64,000 nucleotides of DNA, taken from contig OZ316775.1 of NCBI GenBank assembly GCA_973851085.1, positions 7,998,001-8,062,000 on the forward strand, in the 5' to 3' direction. A program made the translations under genes and the position numbers. Positions 12,068 to 24,999 of this stretch are shown here, one piece after another. This stretch comes from Ptychomitrium polyphyllum (Eukaryota). Position 1 is the stretch's first letter. The number at the start of each line of letters is the position of its first letter. The notes under the pieces are model-generated. The model saw only the letters and a program-made list of their open reading frames with translations. It was not told where the DNA came from and made no database searches.

Positions 12068-14412
12068 GACGATCCTCCTGCCACATCGGTCTCAACATTG
12101 TCAGTAGCAAGGGGAGAAGAAATACTGGTTTAATATCTATGTGTGTTTTTGGTTCTTGCATTCTCGAATATGAAATGCGCCGGATGAATTAAGCTAGGTT
12201 CTGCTTGACCACTGCTGTGGCGAGTTGGCCTCAACATCAATATGAGGATACATTCAGGCCACAAGTCGTTCGATTTCTATCCGAATTTCAGAAGCATTCT
12301 CAGTACTGCTCTTTGCATTACAAGTCGAGTCCAGACTCAAATGGCTCATCCGCCATTTACATTGAACCTATTTTCAATTACACAAAGAGGTTTCCACATA
12401 ATCGTAACTAGGTTTTCAATGGGCTGTACCTGTACTGCCTCGTTGATTTCAGTCCAACAGAAAGATGTCGGTCAAGAGATCCAAGAACTAGAAGGCTATA
12501 TCAAGTACACTTACATAAAACAGATGCGCAGCTAGCTGAAGCGTCAGGATCAGGAGCCAATGACCTGCAACTAGTTTCTTCTAGTCATGAGGACCCAAAA
12601 ACATAGCTGCGTCCGAAGCTGCGTACTTCAGATGACGGTTTGTGAAGTCCTGCGAAGGACGCTGCCGCAATGCAAGGACAATGAGTGCCACAGATCATGT
12701 AGATGTTATATAGTCTCCTTACTTCCCTTGAATTGATAAGCACCATCCAGGAGAGCCGGAGAAACTAGAGGGATTGTGTTTCTATTTACGCCAACCATCT
12801 GCATGTGATCCTGCCCACTGGAGCTCAGCGAGATTCAAGTTTTTCCCGGGGTGGCTTAACTTGGAGGCAAGCCTAGCGCAGACAGAATTCCATGCTGACG
12901 AATGTAGTGTCATCTCGGTCGCCAGGCTGGGGTTTTTGAGCTTCGGTTGGCTTGGCTTTGAATTGGTTGCTCCTCGCAATGAATTCATGTTCATTTGTGT
13001 CAAAATAAAGGAAGAAAAGAGGAATGTAGGGTCATTATTATATTAAGACACAGACTTGTAGAGGCCAGAGTGGTGATAGCCTGTCACAGTGCAAATAGTT
13101 TCAATTAAAAACTATGCCTCTCCAGGATTTTCATATTTGGCATAGAAGTTATGTAAGCACTTTCTCGATTTGGCCAAATACAGGAGACGTCATTTGCGCA
13201 GGCGACTCTACAATGGTGCTAGTTTTTCTGACATCCTGTTATTCAGAGCCGCTGGTTGATAAGCAAACTTACTGATTGTGAAAACCATGTTAATCTAGTA
13301 GCAGTTTTGGATAGACAATGAACAGTAGTACAGTACCCATCTGTGCCGTGAAAAGGAGGATGTAATTTTACTATTAAAAAAGGCAACCATAGTTGATGTT
13401 TCTTATGAAACGACGTAAGCTGCTTTGTGAGTTATCCTCAATTCAGTTGGGGCCGCTTTACATAAGAAGTGGAGACCGATTTTTATGAAGGTCCTGTCTC
13501 GGAGGAAATTTAGCTAAGACCAGGACGAGAGCGGCCCTCGTATTCAACGGTAGCAATGAGTTCTAAGAACGGAAGGTAATCTAGGCAAAGTGGTTCCAGA
13601 GAAATTAAATGGTGCAATCATTCCAAGGAAGGTAGATTTAGGCAATTGATTGTCTTAATAATCAAAGGATCCAATAATCTAAGGATCCAATATTCAGAAT
13701 TGAGGTCATGTCAAATTCAAAAATACTATTTTAAGCTATTTTATTGACTTATTAAAGTATAAAATTGGAAGAGTGACTTTTATTTTAAATAAGTATGACG
13801 ACCATTACATCTTCAATGCAATGGTAGCAAAATTTATACTGCAAGAATTCTAAGACAAAGTCTTAAATGAAGTCTCAACTAGTATATATAGACAAACAAA
13901 CAAATAAGGATGACCATATTATAAGGATTATTTTACAAAAACCTAATCATAAAAAGGCTAAAGGTCTACTTCCAATGTTATATTAATGAAAGGAGGGGAT
14001 TCCTAACCTATTTCCATAAATCACTTTTTCTTTTGTAATTAATAGTGACATATTTATAGTTAAACTTTTGTTTGCTTGCAAATTCTAATTTCTAATGCCT
14101 AACTATAAATGTTTAGATTACAATTGTATATCTATTAGTTGTAATGAAATATACACCACATCATTCTGAATTTGGTGCAAACTATAAACAAGCTTATATA
14201 TAAGATTAATTGATGGATCTTATCCATTCCAATTATGTAATTTCACTTCTATACTAATCTTATAAATGCCCAATAAATAAGCACCATATCTTATTACAAC
14301 ATATTCTTTTATTAAATAAGTAAAGAAGAGTAATCAATTAAAAAAGCTACCAATCATTGGAAATTTAGTCCTTTCAACTTTTAGATTCACTCTTTTAAGT
14401 ATATTGCTTGTA

Positions 14413-14515
14413 AATAGTATTTTATTGATTAACAGATAGTATTTTGTTGATTAATAAATAGTGGTTTGTTGATTGGTCAATAATAATTTATTGATTGATG
14501 AATAGTATTTTGTTG
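14413..14515. repeat. Degenerate 22-bp tandem repeat, about 5 units (AATAGTATTTTGTTGATTAATA-like)
   Basis: Consecutive units visible directly in the sequence. Confidence 0.7.
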
Positions 14516-16673
14516 TATATTAAGTCTTTAAGGTTTTTTATATAGTACAAAAAGTGACCTTATAGTCTTGTTTTGTCTATCCTTTTCTTTGTTCATCTAT
14601 AGCAAACTTGTTTTTACTTTTATTTTGATCTCATTGTTATATTATTATTCATTGTTTTATTTTCTTACTTTTAAAATTGTATATAAACTTGCGGTAAATG
14701 ACATCACCTCAAAGATGTAATGGTTCCCTTATTTCTTTTATTAAAAGCAACTATAGCATTCTTTAGAAATTGTGATAAATCACCTTTGAAGTAGCAACAT
14801 CCATAACAATGATACTAAAGTATTTTATTATGGTTTCTATCAACAAATTATATGTTATTTATCATAATCATAAGAAAGCAAGAAAGGTTTTGTATATATG
14901 CGTATATAAGATTATACAAATAAACACTAAATATCCAAAATTTGGAACCTTGTGCCTAAATTCTTTCATTTTGAAGTGACAAATACACTTGCCAAAAATT
15001 CTATAGCATGGAAGTATGTAAAATAATTTCCATTTATTTAAATGAAAAATTATAGTAATTAAGTTGGAACAAATATCAATTCCTATTTATAAATATAAAC
15101 ACTTACATTAGCTAAAATTTTGATTGAATATAAGCACTTGGATTGAACAAATTGTAATGGAAAGTGCTTTTCTTTATATGTGAGCTTCTCTAATGCTTAT
15201 GAAAGTTAGTTCATAAATCAACATTAAATTTGAATTGATTTTTTTCAATTTTAGAGGGTAAGTATGTAATTGTCATTTGGAATAATTTTCATCTCAGTCT
15301 TGCAAATATCTCATGTAACTAAAAAGTATTCTATCAACTTATGAAAAATTCTTTATTTTAAAATCCACCTTTTTTCAAACTGAAAATATTTTAATGGAAA
15401 TCAATACAATTTTCCTTCTAAATAAGGTCATGACAAACAAATACCACACAAGTTTTAAGATGAAAACAGTACATATTTATTGAAATAGATACTAACTTGG
15501 GCAATTTTGAATCATAAAGTGGGTAAAAAGTAGAAAAGATAGAAATATAAGGGCTTTTGATGGAATTAGAGAACAATGAAGAAAAAGAACAATTAAAAGT
15601 TTAAAGGATTGCCTATGATTTAATGGATGGGGAGTGCTTTCATCTACATAAACAAGCACCTTTACAAATTAAGTAAAACTAGAGAATGTTCCGCAATTTT
15701 AAAACTAGCCACGTACATTGGCTATACTTAGATTGATACAAACACTTGCACTGTACAAATTATAATTGGATTGTTCCACATGTAAAGAAGAGCTTTTCCA
15801 TTATCCATAAACAGCCCCCATGGCTCAAACTTAAAAACAAACTCAATAAATATTTTGTTTACTTTGAATGTTTTTACTAAGCCCGACTTGATTACCAGGT
15901 GTTCATTTCACAGATACAGTGCAACTTTTCCTACAGGTGGTTGTTGTAGTTTTTCTTTCTTCAAATAACAACTATTCAAATAAAATATATAACCTATGAG
16001 TATGAAATTTGAATTCGGAAGGTCTCTTAGTTTCTATAAATCGTACTGTGGAAACAATGCAATCAAAGAGGTTTTTATCGAAATTTGAAATGATGTACTT
16101 CTTTAATAAATATATTGTCAAAAGCATGTAACTAGAAAACTGAAGTGCAGATTGTGGAGCTCCGTTGTGTGGCAAGGACCATGTCTTTTACCCTTTTTTT
16201 TTTCTTTCACTGTGAAACGTTGAAACCTCGTTGCAACCCAAGGATGGACTGCGCGTAACAGCATTATTTTGAAGTCTCAATCTCTGACGTTGCTCTGCCA
16301 TCGAATTCGCTGAATTCCCTGATGGCCTCATGGGCTCCTGTAATTTTGGGTTCAAGAACGACAAAAGGGCTGACCTAAGTTCCTCGCCAAATGCAAAATA
16401 CCAAGCGAGCAGTTTACGACGTTTGCGATTAGTACGCCATTTGGGAATACTACAATCATCCAAATTCGTAAGCAAGTAGATCTGCCTTCTCCAGACCAGC
16501 CTTAATGGTACGCCACCCCGGAAATTTTGAAATAAATTTGAAAATTCGTGAATCTCGCTGACTCGCACAGTGTTCCAGAATCTGATGATTGGTGTAAAAT
16601 AGCTTCCAGGGTCTATTTTCGTGATCCAATTGGCCCGGATGGCGGCCCGTTTCGTTGCTGAGGACGCGTCGGG

Positions 16674-16860
16674 ACTATATAAAGCATCTTCTTGGACTTT
16701 AGTTTTACAGTCCTTGCATTGCAGCAGCGTCCCCCTCAAGGCCTTCATCAGGTCTCAGAAGTCTGAATCATTCACTCCCCCATATGAGAGGAAACTAGTG
16801 TCCAGTTTCCTGCCTTCTCATCCTCCTCGACTGCTCGCCGCGGATCTGTTTCTTGTAAGT
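16674..16860 (+). promoter_or_regulatory. Putative TATA box, non-coding first exon and 5'-UTR intron donor of expansin copy 2
   Basis: CTATATAAAG at about 16675, GTAAGT at 16855-16860, candidate acceptor GGCAG just upstream of the start codon (about 17354). Confidence 0.45.
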
Positions 16861-17364
16861 ATCTGAATACTCATTGCTCTTGGATCTGTGTAGCCTTTTT
16901 TGAGACACTACATGGGTTATTTGAGATCGATTATATGAAGTTGTTGGTTCTGTTAACCCCATGCACACTGCCACACGGCTTCGCTTTAACATTCTCTCTA
17001 GGGAGATCCTTAAGTTATCGCTGATAGATCTTTGTAATGTAAATGGTTACACATTGTGAATATGGGAGGAGTATCCAGCAGAGTCATGGTATACCGTTCG
17101 ATTTGCAGCAGTACTGTGCAAACGAAAGCTTATATTGTCGCCCAAAATAGTCTACACATCTAGTGTCCACATGAATCAATGAACTAATTCCTGCGTAAGC
17201 ACGAACGTGTTTTGTACGTGATACATTCCTCATCCTGTCCAGGCTAGACCGCAGCACCACCAGAAATTTTGCATCTGTTTAGTTTTAAGAGTTCATGGAC
17301 TGGACGTTAGATACTACTGCGATTTTCCTAACAAGGTTGAGACCGATGTGGCAGGAGGATCGTC

Positions 17365-18162
17365 ATGCAGATGGACGCGTCTATCTCCGGAACGATGAAG
17401 CGGCTGGCGGCCGCCGTGGTGGTCGTGGTGGCCCTGATGAGTGCTCTGCCTTCGGCGCTCGGAGGTTCGGGAGAATGGGGCAGCGGTCACATCACGTTCT
17501 ACGGCACGCCCGACGGCGGCGGCCAGGCGTCGCGAGGCGCATGTGGGTACCAGAACACCTACGCTCTCGGCTACGGTGCCATGACCGCAGCGCTCAGCAG
17601 CCCGTTGTACCAGGGCGGCGCGGCGTGCGGGGCCTGCTTCCAGCTCCGATGCGTCCACATCCGCGAGACGAACGTCGCCAAGAACTGGTGCTGGAGCTAC
17701 TCGCGGACCATCACCATCACCGCCACCAACCTGTGCCCGCCCGGATCCAGGGACGGGTGGTGCGACCCGCCGCGCCACCACTTCGATCTGCCGTACCCGG
17801 CGTACGCCACGCTAGCCAAGTTCCAGGGAGGCGTGGCTCCGGTGTACTACCGACGCGTCCCGTGCAGGAAGCGCGGGGGCATCCGGTTCACGGTGGGCGG
17901 CAACCCGTGGTTCTTCATGATCCTGATCCACAACGTCGGCGGCGCGGGCGACGCGAGGTCCGTGAAGATCATGTGCCCGTACTCGGGGTGGGTGCCCATG
18001 TACCGCAACTGGGGTGCGCTGTGGACCGTGCGGCGGCAGATGCGGGGCGAGCTGTCGTTCATGATCACGACGTCGGACGGGCGCACGGTGGTGGTGCGCA
18101 ACGCGGTGGGGAAGTGGTGGCAGTTCGGGCAGACGTGGGAGGGCCACGCCAATTTCAGATAG
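17365..18162 (+). CDS. EXPA: Alpha-expansin (intronless CDS), copy 2, protein identical to copy 1
   Basis: The 265-aa translation is identical to 11270-12067. Confidence 0.97.
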   Translation: MQMDASISGTMKRLAAAVVVVVALMSALPSALGGSGEWGSGHITFYGTPDGGGQASRGACGYQNTYALGYGAMTAALSSPLYQGGAACGACFQLRCVHIRETNVAKNWCWSYSRTITITATNLCPPGSRDGWCDPPRHHFDLPYPAYATLAKFQGGVAPVYYRRVPCRKRGGIRFTVGGNPWFFMILIHNVGGAGDARSVKIMCPYSGWVPMYRNWGALWTVRRQMRGELSFMITTSDGRTVVVRNAVGKWWQFGQTWEGHANFR

Positions 18163-19571
18163 GTTGGAAGGACCGTTGACGACCCGTGACGTGCTTGTGA
18201 GCGCGGGCGTGGGGAGAGCGGGGGAATCGCCTCGGATCGATGTGCAAGGACATGGGACCTGTGCGGACCGCTCTCGGGATATGCGATGATCTGGTCGATG
18301 GAGTGCATGGTTCACTGGACTGGTCTGATTGTGGATCATGATAGGACGAGCTGGCTCTACGTAGAAGGAGGTGATGGTTTTGTATCATAGATGGCCGAGC
18401 AGCGCTGATTGTCTGCCGCCTTTCAGTTGACATAGTGATGCTCCGACGGTTGCTCTATTGTTTGTATATAGAGCATCTGCATTTCACGTCAATGTTAGTT
18501 TTGAATCATATCTTCGAGATGGCCCTTAGCTTTTGTACGGAAATAGCTTGTTTTAGATTGAAGTCGAGAATAATATAAGCACTCTTGGCATTCGTGATGT
18601 ATTTTAGGGAAATTTCGCTCTGGCTGTTTGAGAGATTTTTGAAGGATTTTTGGTACGCTGGTCAATTCCGAGTTAGTTTCATGATTGTTACATTTGAAAA
18701 TGATGTCTCTTTTTACAATTTTCAGAGTTTTTTCGATCTGTTCTATCCTCTGTTTGAATTTGTAGATATTTTGATATCCTGAGGGTTTGAGATGGTGCGC
18801 ATTTCATATGTTACGAACCCGATATATTGGATACCTGAGTACTCTAGACTGACTTGTGCTTTGATTTCTACTTCTTGCATATCATGATTGGATAGTTAGT
18901 CGGAATATGTGAATCGATGTTTGGATAGTGGCATCGATATTGGCACGTGTACTGTACTTGTTTTAGTCAAAGCATTTGGAAGATAAATGTACCCATGGAC
19001 GTTTTGAAGAAGGATATAATCATCGCTTTCGTACTTCTAATCTAATTTAATCATAAAAAATGAATAAACGAGAAAATTGCTCGGTATATTTCCAGTAAGA
19101 GATCCTTTATTGCTGCATGCAAGATCTCAGAGTTGAAACATCAGAGCGAACGACAGGAGATACTCCAATCGTTGGAATGGGAGCATGCAGCTGCCGATTG
19201 TTATTGCATGGAAGCGTTGGTATTGAGTCTTTCAAGCCACTTTGAATATGTAATCATTAATGTCAGTGTATAAAGAGCTCATATCTTGATGAACATCCAC
19301 ATAGTAGGAAGAAAGTTCTCCTTGATTTCAGAAAAACTTAACAAATCACTCACAGGGAATAAATTAACAAATGTTACAATCACTCTCCGGAAGAACAATT
19401 TGAGTGTCTTCTGATGGGAGTCCATAACTCCGTTTGATGTGGATGTAAGCCTGTGTTTAAGGAAAATGACTACACATAGTGTCAGACGTAACTGAAGAAG
19501 TCAATTTCATTACCTAATTTGAAAAAGAACTAGCCTATTTACTTTTGTAGAATAAATAATCAGCCTGAAGG

Positions 19572-22500
19572 TTAGGGGTAGAAGCTCTTGGCATCCTGGG
19601 AAGGATGGGTAGGGCTGAGGTTGAACACAGGCCCTTTGAACCATTTGCGAGCGCTCAGGAGCCAGGCACTTATGACCAAAATGAAGACGCCACCTACGGC
19701 CACGGGTGCGTAGTTCAAGGTGAGCTTGGTCACCGGGTACACAATGGGCAGACAGAAGAGCACAGTAATCGTGGCCACCCACAGCACCGCGACCCAGCCC
19801 ACGAACTCCCCATAGCGGCCCAGGTTCCAGGGCCCCGGGCGGAACGTGCTGCGTGCGATGGTGATGCGAAACAGAATGGGTAGAGCGTACGAGATGTACA
19901 GGCCGATGGTTGCAATCGACACCATGGCTTGGAATGCCACCATGCTACCTAGTGACTGCACTCCAAGGGTCAAATGAATCTGTCAGTTTAGCCAAGTACT
20001 TCACGGTGCATATGAAGGTAGCTATCTAATGACAGAAACAAATTATTATCCACTATCTCTTGTTGCAGTCTCTTTCATATAATAGAAAAGAAAAATCAGA
20101 AGAAAAAAGGTTCAAAGTAGTCGGTTTAAGAGTTTCAAATCATATGAGCATTTCTATTATATTTACCAGTGTTTACAATATTGTTAAGGGAAATGGAGGA
20201 TTGATGAAGGTTGGGGATGATTACTCTGATTCTTACCGTTAATGCCATGCAGAAGGCAATGAGAGCTGACAACCAGACGGCATTAAGGGGAACTTCTCGC
20301 CGGTCCACCAAGTGCCACCAGTTTGACAACGGTATAGCTCCGTCTCTAGAAAATGCGTACACCATCCTGAATTTGAACAAGGCCAATTGTTAAGTGAGAT
20401 ACCGATGTATTCTGATTTACCACAAATTAATTTTCCAGTTTGTAGAAAAGCATGTTACAAATCAAGCTGACAACCAGTTCTTTAAACAACAATAAATCGA
20501 AATGTGATATATGTCTAGTGGAATATTTACGATATATTGTTTTTCCATCTCACCTTGAATTGCTGGTGATGGAGCTCATTCCGCAGAACCAAATTGCAAC
20601 CGCTACAATACCTAAGCACACGATGCCGCCTGTCCCACTACCATATCGATCTCTGAAGACGTTGTAGAAAACTTGCGCAACAGCATAGCCTCCGGCATCA
20701 TTCGCTGGGTCGAGCAACGCAGCTGGGTCGATCACTACAAAACAGAGTCCTAGGATGTACCCCCATCCCACGATGAGAGAAATAATAATTGCGCTAAGAA
20801 TGCCATATGCCCCGTTTTTATCTGAGGATTTTGTCTCTTCGGACTGCAGACAGACAAATTAGTTAGCAGGCTGTTTGGTCAGTTTGGTGAACAAGCTCAA
20901 TTCCATTTCGAAACACGGCCTAAAAGCAGGCTGTGAATGCATAAGATACTGCAACATTAGTGTGATAAGAGAGTTCACCATGTGAGCTGAGGCGTCATAG
21001 CCAGTAATGGTATACTGGCTCACCAGTAATCCCAGGAGAAAAATGTAGGGGCTGCTGCTAATTCCAGTATCACTTGATTTGTTGAAAGTCGTAAAAACGG
21101 AATTAGCCGTCTGGCGGTCCTTGGCAACCGCTGGAATGAGTATAATCAGCACAAAGACCCCTGCAGAAAAGCATTCCCAGTTCGTATTTATCATCAAATC
21201 AGAAAAGGCTTATTAATAAACATGAGCGCGAGTAACTGAACTTGTGTCATGGATTGACCACATTATGTGCTAAAACATGAAGTGTCCATAAAGCCTAATT
21301 CCAAGTCTGACCCTAAGAACAAACTCAAAGGGGTATGGAACATCGCAATACAACGTGCATCACACATCACCTACCATCACCTAAGACGCGGATAAAGAGC
21401 AAGGGTGTTTGGAAGGTGAGATTGAGAATTCCAACATACTACATAAAAAAGATTCTCCCTGAAAGACGTCATGGTATGGAATTCTCGAACTTCTTCTGAA
21501 GCCTCAGGGCTATAGTACCAAGGTCGCGTGACTAGATCGACGTACCGAGAATATTCCACAATGCAGCGAGTGTCCCCAAATACGATACCCAATGGATGCT
21601 GAAACTGTTGACAAGTGCATGTGAAAACAAAATGCCTCCGTGGATTCCAATAACAACATATTTGTTTGCAACGTATCCACCACCATTTGCCCCTCCAGTG
21701 GCGAGGAGAGCCATAACAGCTATCATCTGGGCCAGAGAAAAATCGATGCTGGTGGTAACTGCCCATTGCCCAACAACATTGTACCTGAAAATGCCAATAG
21801 AATCACAATTACTACAGTGATGAGGAGTAATAGCTTATAAGACAATGGCAATCGTGATAGGTAGCACAAATGATGCGAAAACCAATAACATACTAGATAA
21901 CTGGGCATTGTGCATACCAGCCAGTAATCCAAGATGCGAAGGGGCCCCATCTTGGGCCAGCCAGCTGAGAGCTCCAGTAATACAACCCCCCAGATGTGGG
22001 GAAAGCTGAGCAAATCTCTGCCATGGCAGCGCCAACAAACAGGGTAAACACGCCAACAATCAGCCACCCATAGACCATGGAGATCGTTCCTCCATACGTG
22101 AGCCCCGTGTTGAACAGCGTCGTGATTCCTGTTAGAATGGAGATGATGGCGAAGGAGAATGCAAAGTTCGATAATACTCTGATAAAAGATCGAGCACAAG
22201 AGTTATTAGAGATTAGTAAGGTGGCCAAGTGTAGGGGTTTTCTATTATAAAACTTCGAGAATTGGATTTCCACTGAGAATCTTGTCATAAGGTGCGTGCT
22301 CTGAAATTAGTGCGCAATTACTGCTCCGCAACCAAGACTTCTCCTATCTGTTCTCAAACATGTTCATGCCACAACATGCTATCTAAAGCTTCTGAAATAT
22401 CACTTTCATTCCGTACCCATTTAACCTCGAAAATTCGAAAATCGTGCCTTCTCTAAACAGCCTCTTGGCTGTAACCAGTTATGAATGATTCCTCACATAG

Positions 22501-22894
22501 TAGGACCAAGTGACTCTCAAAGAGGTCTAATCATCGATTTTCTGTGTTAGAGATTAGTAAGGTGGCACATGACCTAAAGGGAAGGGGACAGGAGTTTCAG
22601 ACTGTGTTGGGAAGAAATTAAACGAACGTCTCTACGCAAGAACAACTCTGTCTGCCATCCTCCGACCGTTTAGAGACAAAAAAAAATTTAGGTCCGGAAA
22701 AGCATAGAATAAAGGACGAGAAGGCAGCGCTATGATACTTCCAGTACGGCTCAGGAAGGTTGTGGAAATCGGTTTGCTTCAAAAGAGATAGGATCAACTT
22801 ACGAGAGGTCACGCTTGAGTTCTTGTTTGTATCCGAGCTCATGCAGACGCTGCTGCCCAGAATCCATGGTAGTGGTCCCTGACTTCAAGCCCAT
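19572..22894 (-). CDS. BAT1: BAT1-like amino-acid/GABA permease (APC superfamily), 7 coding exons: 22894-22803, 22178-21918, 21784-21546, 21160-20979, 20843-20554, 20366-20237, 19955-19572
   Basis: DSGQQRLHELGYKQELKRDLS/VLSNFAFSF, MAEICSAFPTSGGLYYWS, TITGYDASAHM/SEET, SNSR/MVYAFSRDGA, AFQAMVSIATIGLYISYALP. All junctions are GT-AG with a consistent reading frame. Confidence 0.93.
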
Positions 22895-24349
22895 CAATTC
22901 TGCAACTCAACCGTAACCCACGAAAGCTTAGATAAGTCTCCTGACACAGCACCACTATAACAGAAAACGAAACATTAAACCAGCAAACTTCAAAGGTAAC
23001 AAAATCGGCCATGGCCAGTTGACGGATAGGGCTTCACCTGTCCCTACAAGAAGAGACGTCTCTTCCTCGTCAGACATGACATCCACTCTACAAACCCGTA
23101 AACTCAGCCCTCTCCTCTCTCTCTTGCAAGCAGAAGCAAAAATGCGAGAGAAACCTAATGCGCCCCCAAGTACCAAAATCTCCAACTCTCTCCGACTCGC
23201 AGAATGAAAAGTATCAAACATCTATTACAAGACAAGTCATAATTACAGATAATGTACTGTAGAACAAACCACACAACTTATCCATAGTACCTGTTGAAGC
23301 AAGTCGAAATAACCGAAAAAGCTCAACACGAACACAAGCCTGTGACTAGCCTCTGTCGCCAGAGCGCTGCGAATACTCATCAGCAAACGACGTGAGACTC
23401 TCCCCCACAACTAAGCCGAGACTGATGCAAACCTCCCTGTCAAACATCCCACCACTCCCAGGTGCCCGAAAGCTACAGCTTGATCCTCGGCAACAACAAA
23501 AGACACAAGTGCCGCAAATGAACATGTGCCCTCTTCATCCACATCCCATAAATGCAGTCCCTAATATAATCAACCACAACCACCTTGCAGCCTGCATCCC
23601 ACGAAGTTAGATCCTTACGCCGCACACATCTCACGAATGGCCGTTCAGTTGCTAGACAGCGACGCCCAGAGAGAGAATCTATCTAGAGTTGCGTAAGGAA
23701 TATCAGTTCACAAGTCTAGGTGTGTCATGGTGCTTTCATCTTGTTTGTTTATAGACCAGGGTCCCGCATCTTTGGAGGCTTGGACTAATGAAAGGATACC
23801 GGCTCTAGATCCCTGCGAAGTGGAGCCCTGTCCTCTCCCACGCACTGTAAAAGGGATCCCGCAGAGCCATGAGTCGATGGACCTGGGCATCCGAGGAGTG
23901 TGCGCCTGATCCTCGCTTTGCCTATAACTCGGAAAAGGCTCCTGGTTTCCGTCCTAGACTGAAGGTCCGCAGCTTCGCTCACAAACCGAATCTGCCGTCA
24001 CCCATCCCTGGCTGTCGCCCTCTCGCACATCACGTAGATTCTAGATTCGCAACTTCCTACTTTCCGCACGACGCTTCTGCCTCTTTTCACACTGTGCAGT
24101 CTAATTATCGAAGGGGCCTTGGATGGATGCTGACGACGATATGGCTTTGGTTTCGATGGTTTTCATCTTCTCCATTAATTTTTCGTTTTGTTTGTTTAGA
24201 GATAAAAAAATAATGATAATAATACTCAGAAGAAGAATTTTTATTTCTTTCATTTTTTTGTTTTTTATTTTTATTCTATTTTAAATTTTTTTAAATCCAG
24301 CTATATGTCCATTTATCTCTCTATGTGTGTATAAGTGTATGTGTATACA

Positions 24350-24445
24350 TATAAATATATATAAATATAAACATTTATAAATATAAACATTTATAAATAT
24401 AAACATTTATAAATATATATATATATATATTTATGTATATATGTA
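24350..24445. repeat. AT-rich minisatellite (ATATAAACATTTATAA x3) and (TA)n microsatellite
   Basis: Directly visible. Confidence 0.85.
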
Positions 24446-24487
24446 TGAATAAAAAAAAGTGAGAATATTCGGTTTAGATACTTGTGA

Positions 24488-24950
24488 CAATATATTTAAT
24501 TTTCCAAATTGTGAAATCCATAGAAGTATTCTTGGTACTATTGGAGAACTTTCAACAAAGAAATGGGCAATGTACATTGGTGGTGTTATAAGTTTGAAAA
24601 TCACAATGTGACAAATATTGAATTTTAAGTATTTTATTTAAAAAAATCCACAAGAAAATCATACCACAATAATCTTAAAAAATCATGCGCATTTGCATCA
24701 CATAGGAGTCTCCAAAGTTGGACCAATGGCAAAGGCAAATTATCAGATTAGAAAAAGTGATTTTTTGGTTTTATTTTGTTCAAAACAATATCTTAAATCT
24801 TCCAAACTATGAAGCCAAAAGAAACGTTCTTAGCATTGACAAAATGCTCTCAATAATAAAATTTTATACACTGATGGTATTATAAGTTTTAAAACTTCAA
24901 TGCAACAAATATTGAATTGAGAAGTATTTTATTTGAAAGAAACCCAACAC
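24488..24950. repeat. Diverged direct duplication (about 160-bp units about 295 bp apart), possibly a non-autonomous transposon remnant
   Basis: GGTGTTATAAGTTTGAAAATCACAATGTGACAAATATTGAATT vs GGTATTATAAGTTTTAAAACTTCAATGCAACAAATATTGAATT. Confidence 0.55.
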
Positions 24951-24999
24951 AGTAGAAATCTACAAATATATCTACAATTTGTGCGCATACTAGTTTTGA

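Larger units (their letters stand above)
10999..18433. repeat. Long inverted repeat: arms 10999-12096 and 17336-18433 (1098 bp each), about 5.2-kb spacer
   Basis: ORF translations in several frames (265, 175, 153, 92 aa) are identical between arms. No mismatch seen in the parts compared by eye. Confidence 0.95.

Noticed and set aside
11093..12161. Long alternative-frame and antisense ORFs over the expansins (302, 294, 175, 160, 153 aa)
   Set aside because: Shadows of a GC-rich CDS with few stop codons; no recognisable motifs.
16188..16748. 186-aa minus-strand ORF in the inverted-repeat spacer
   Set aside because: No recognisable domain, and it overlaps the probable promoter of expansin copy 2.
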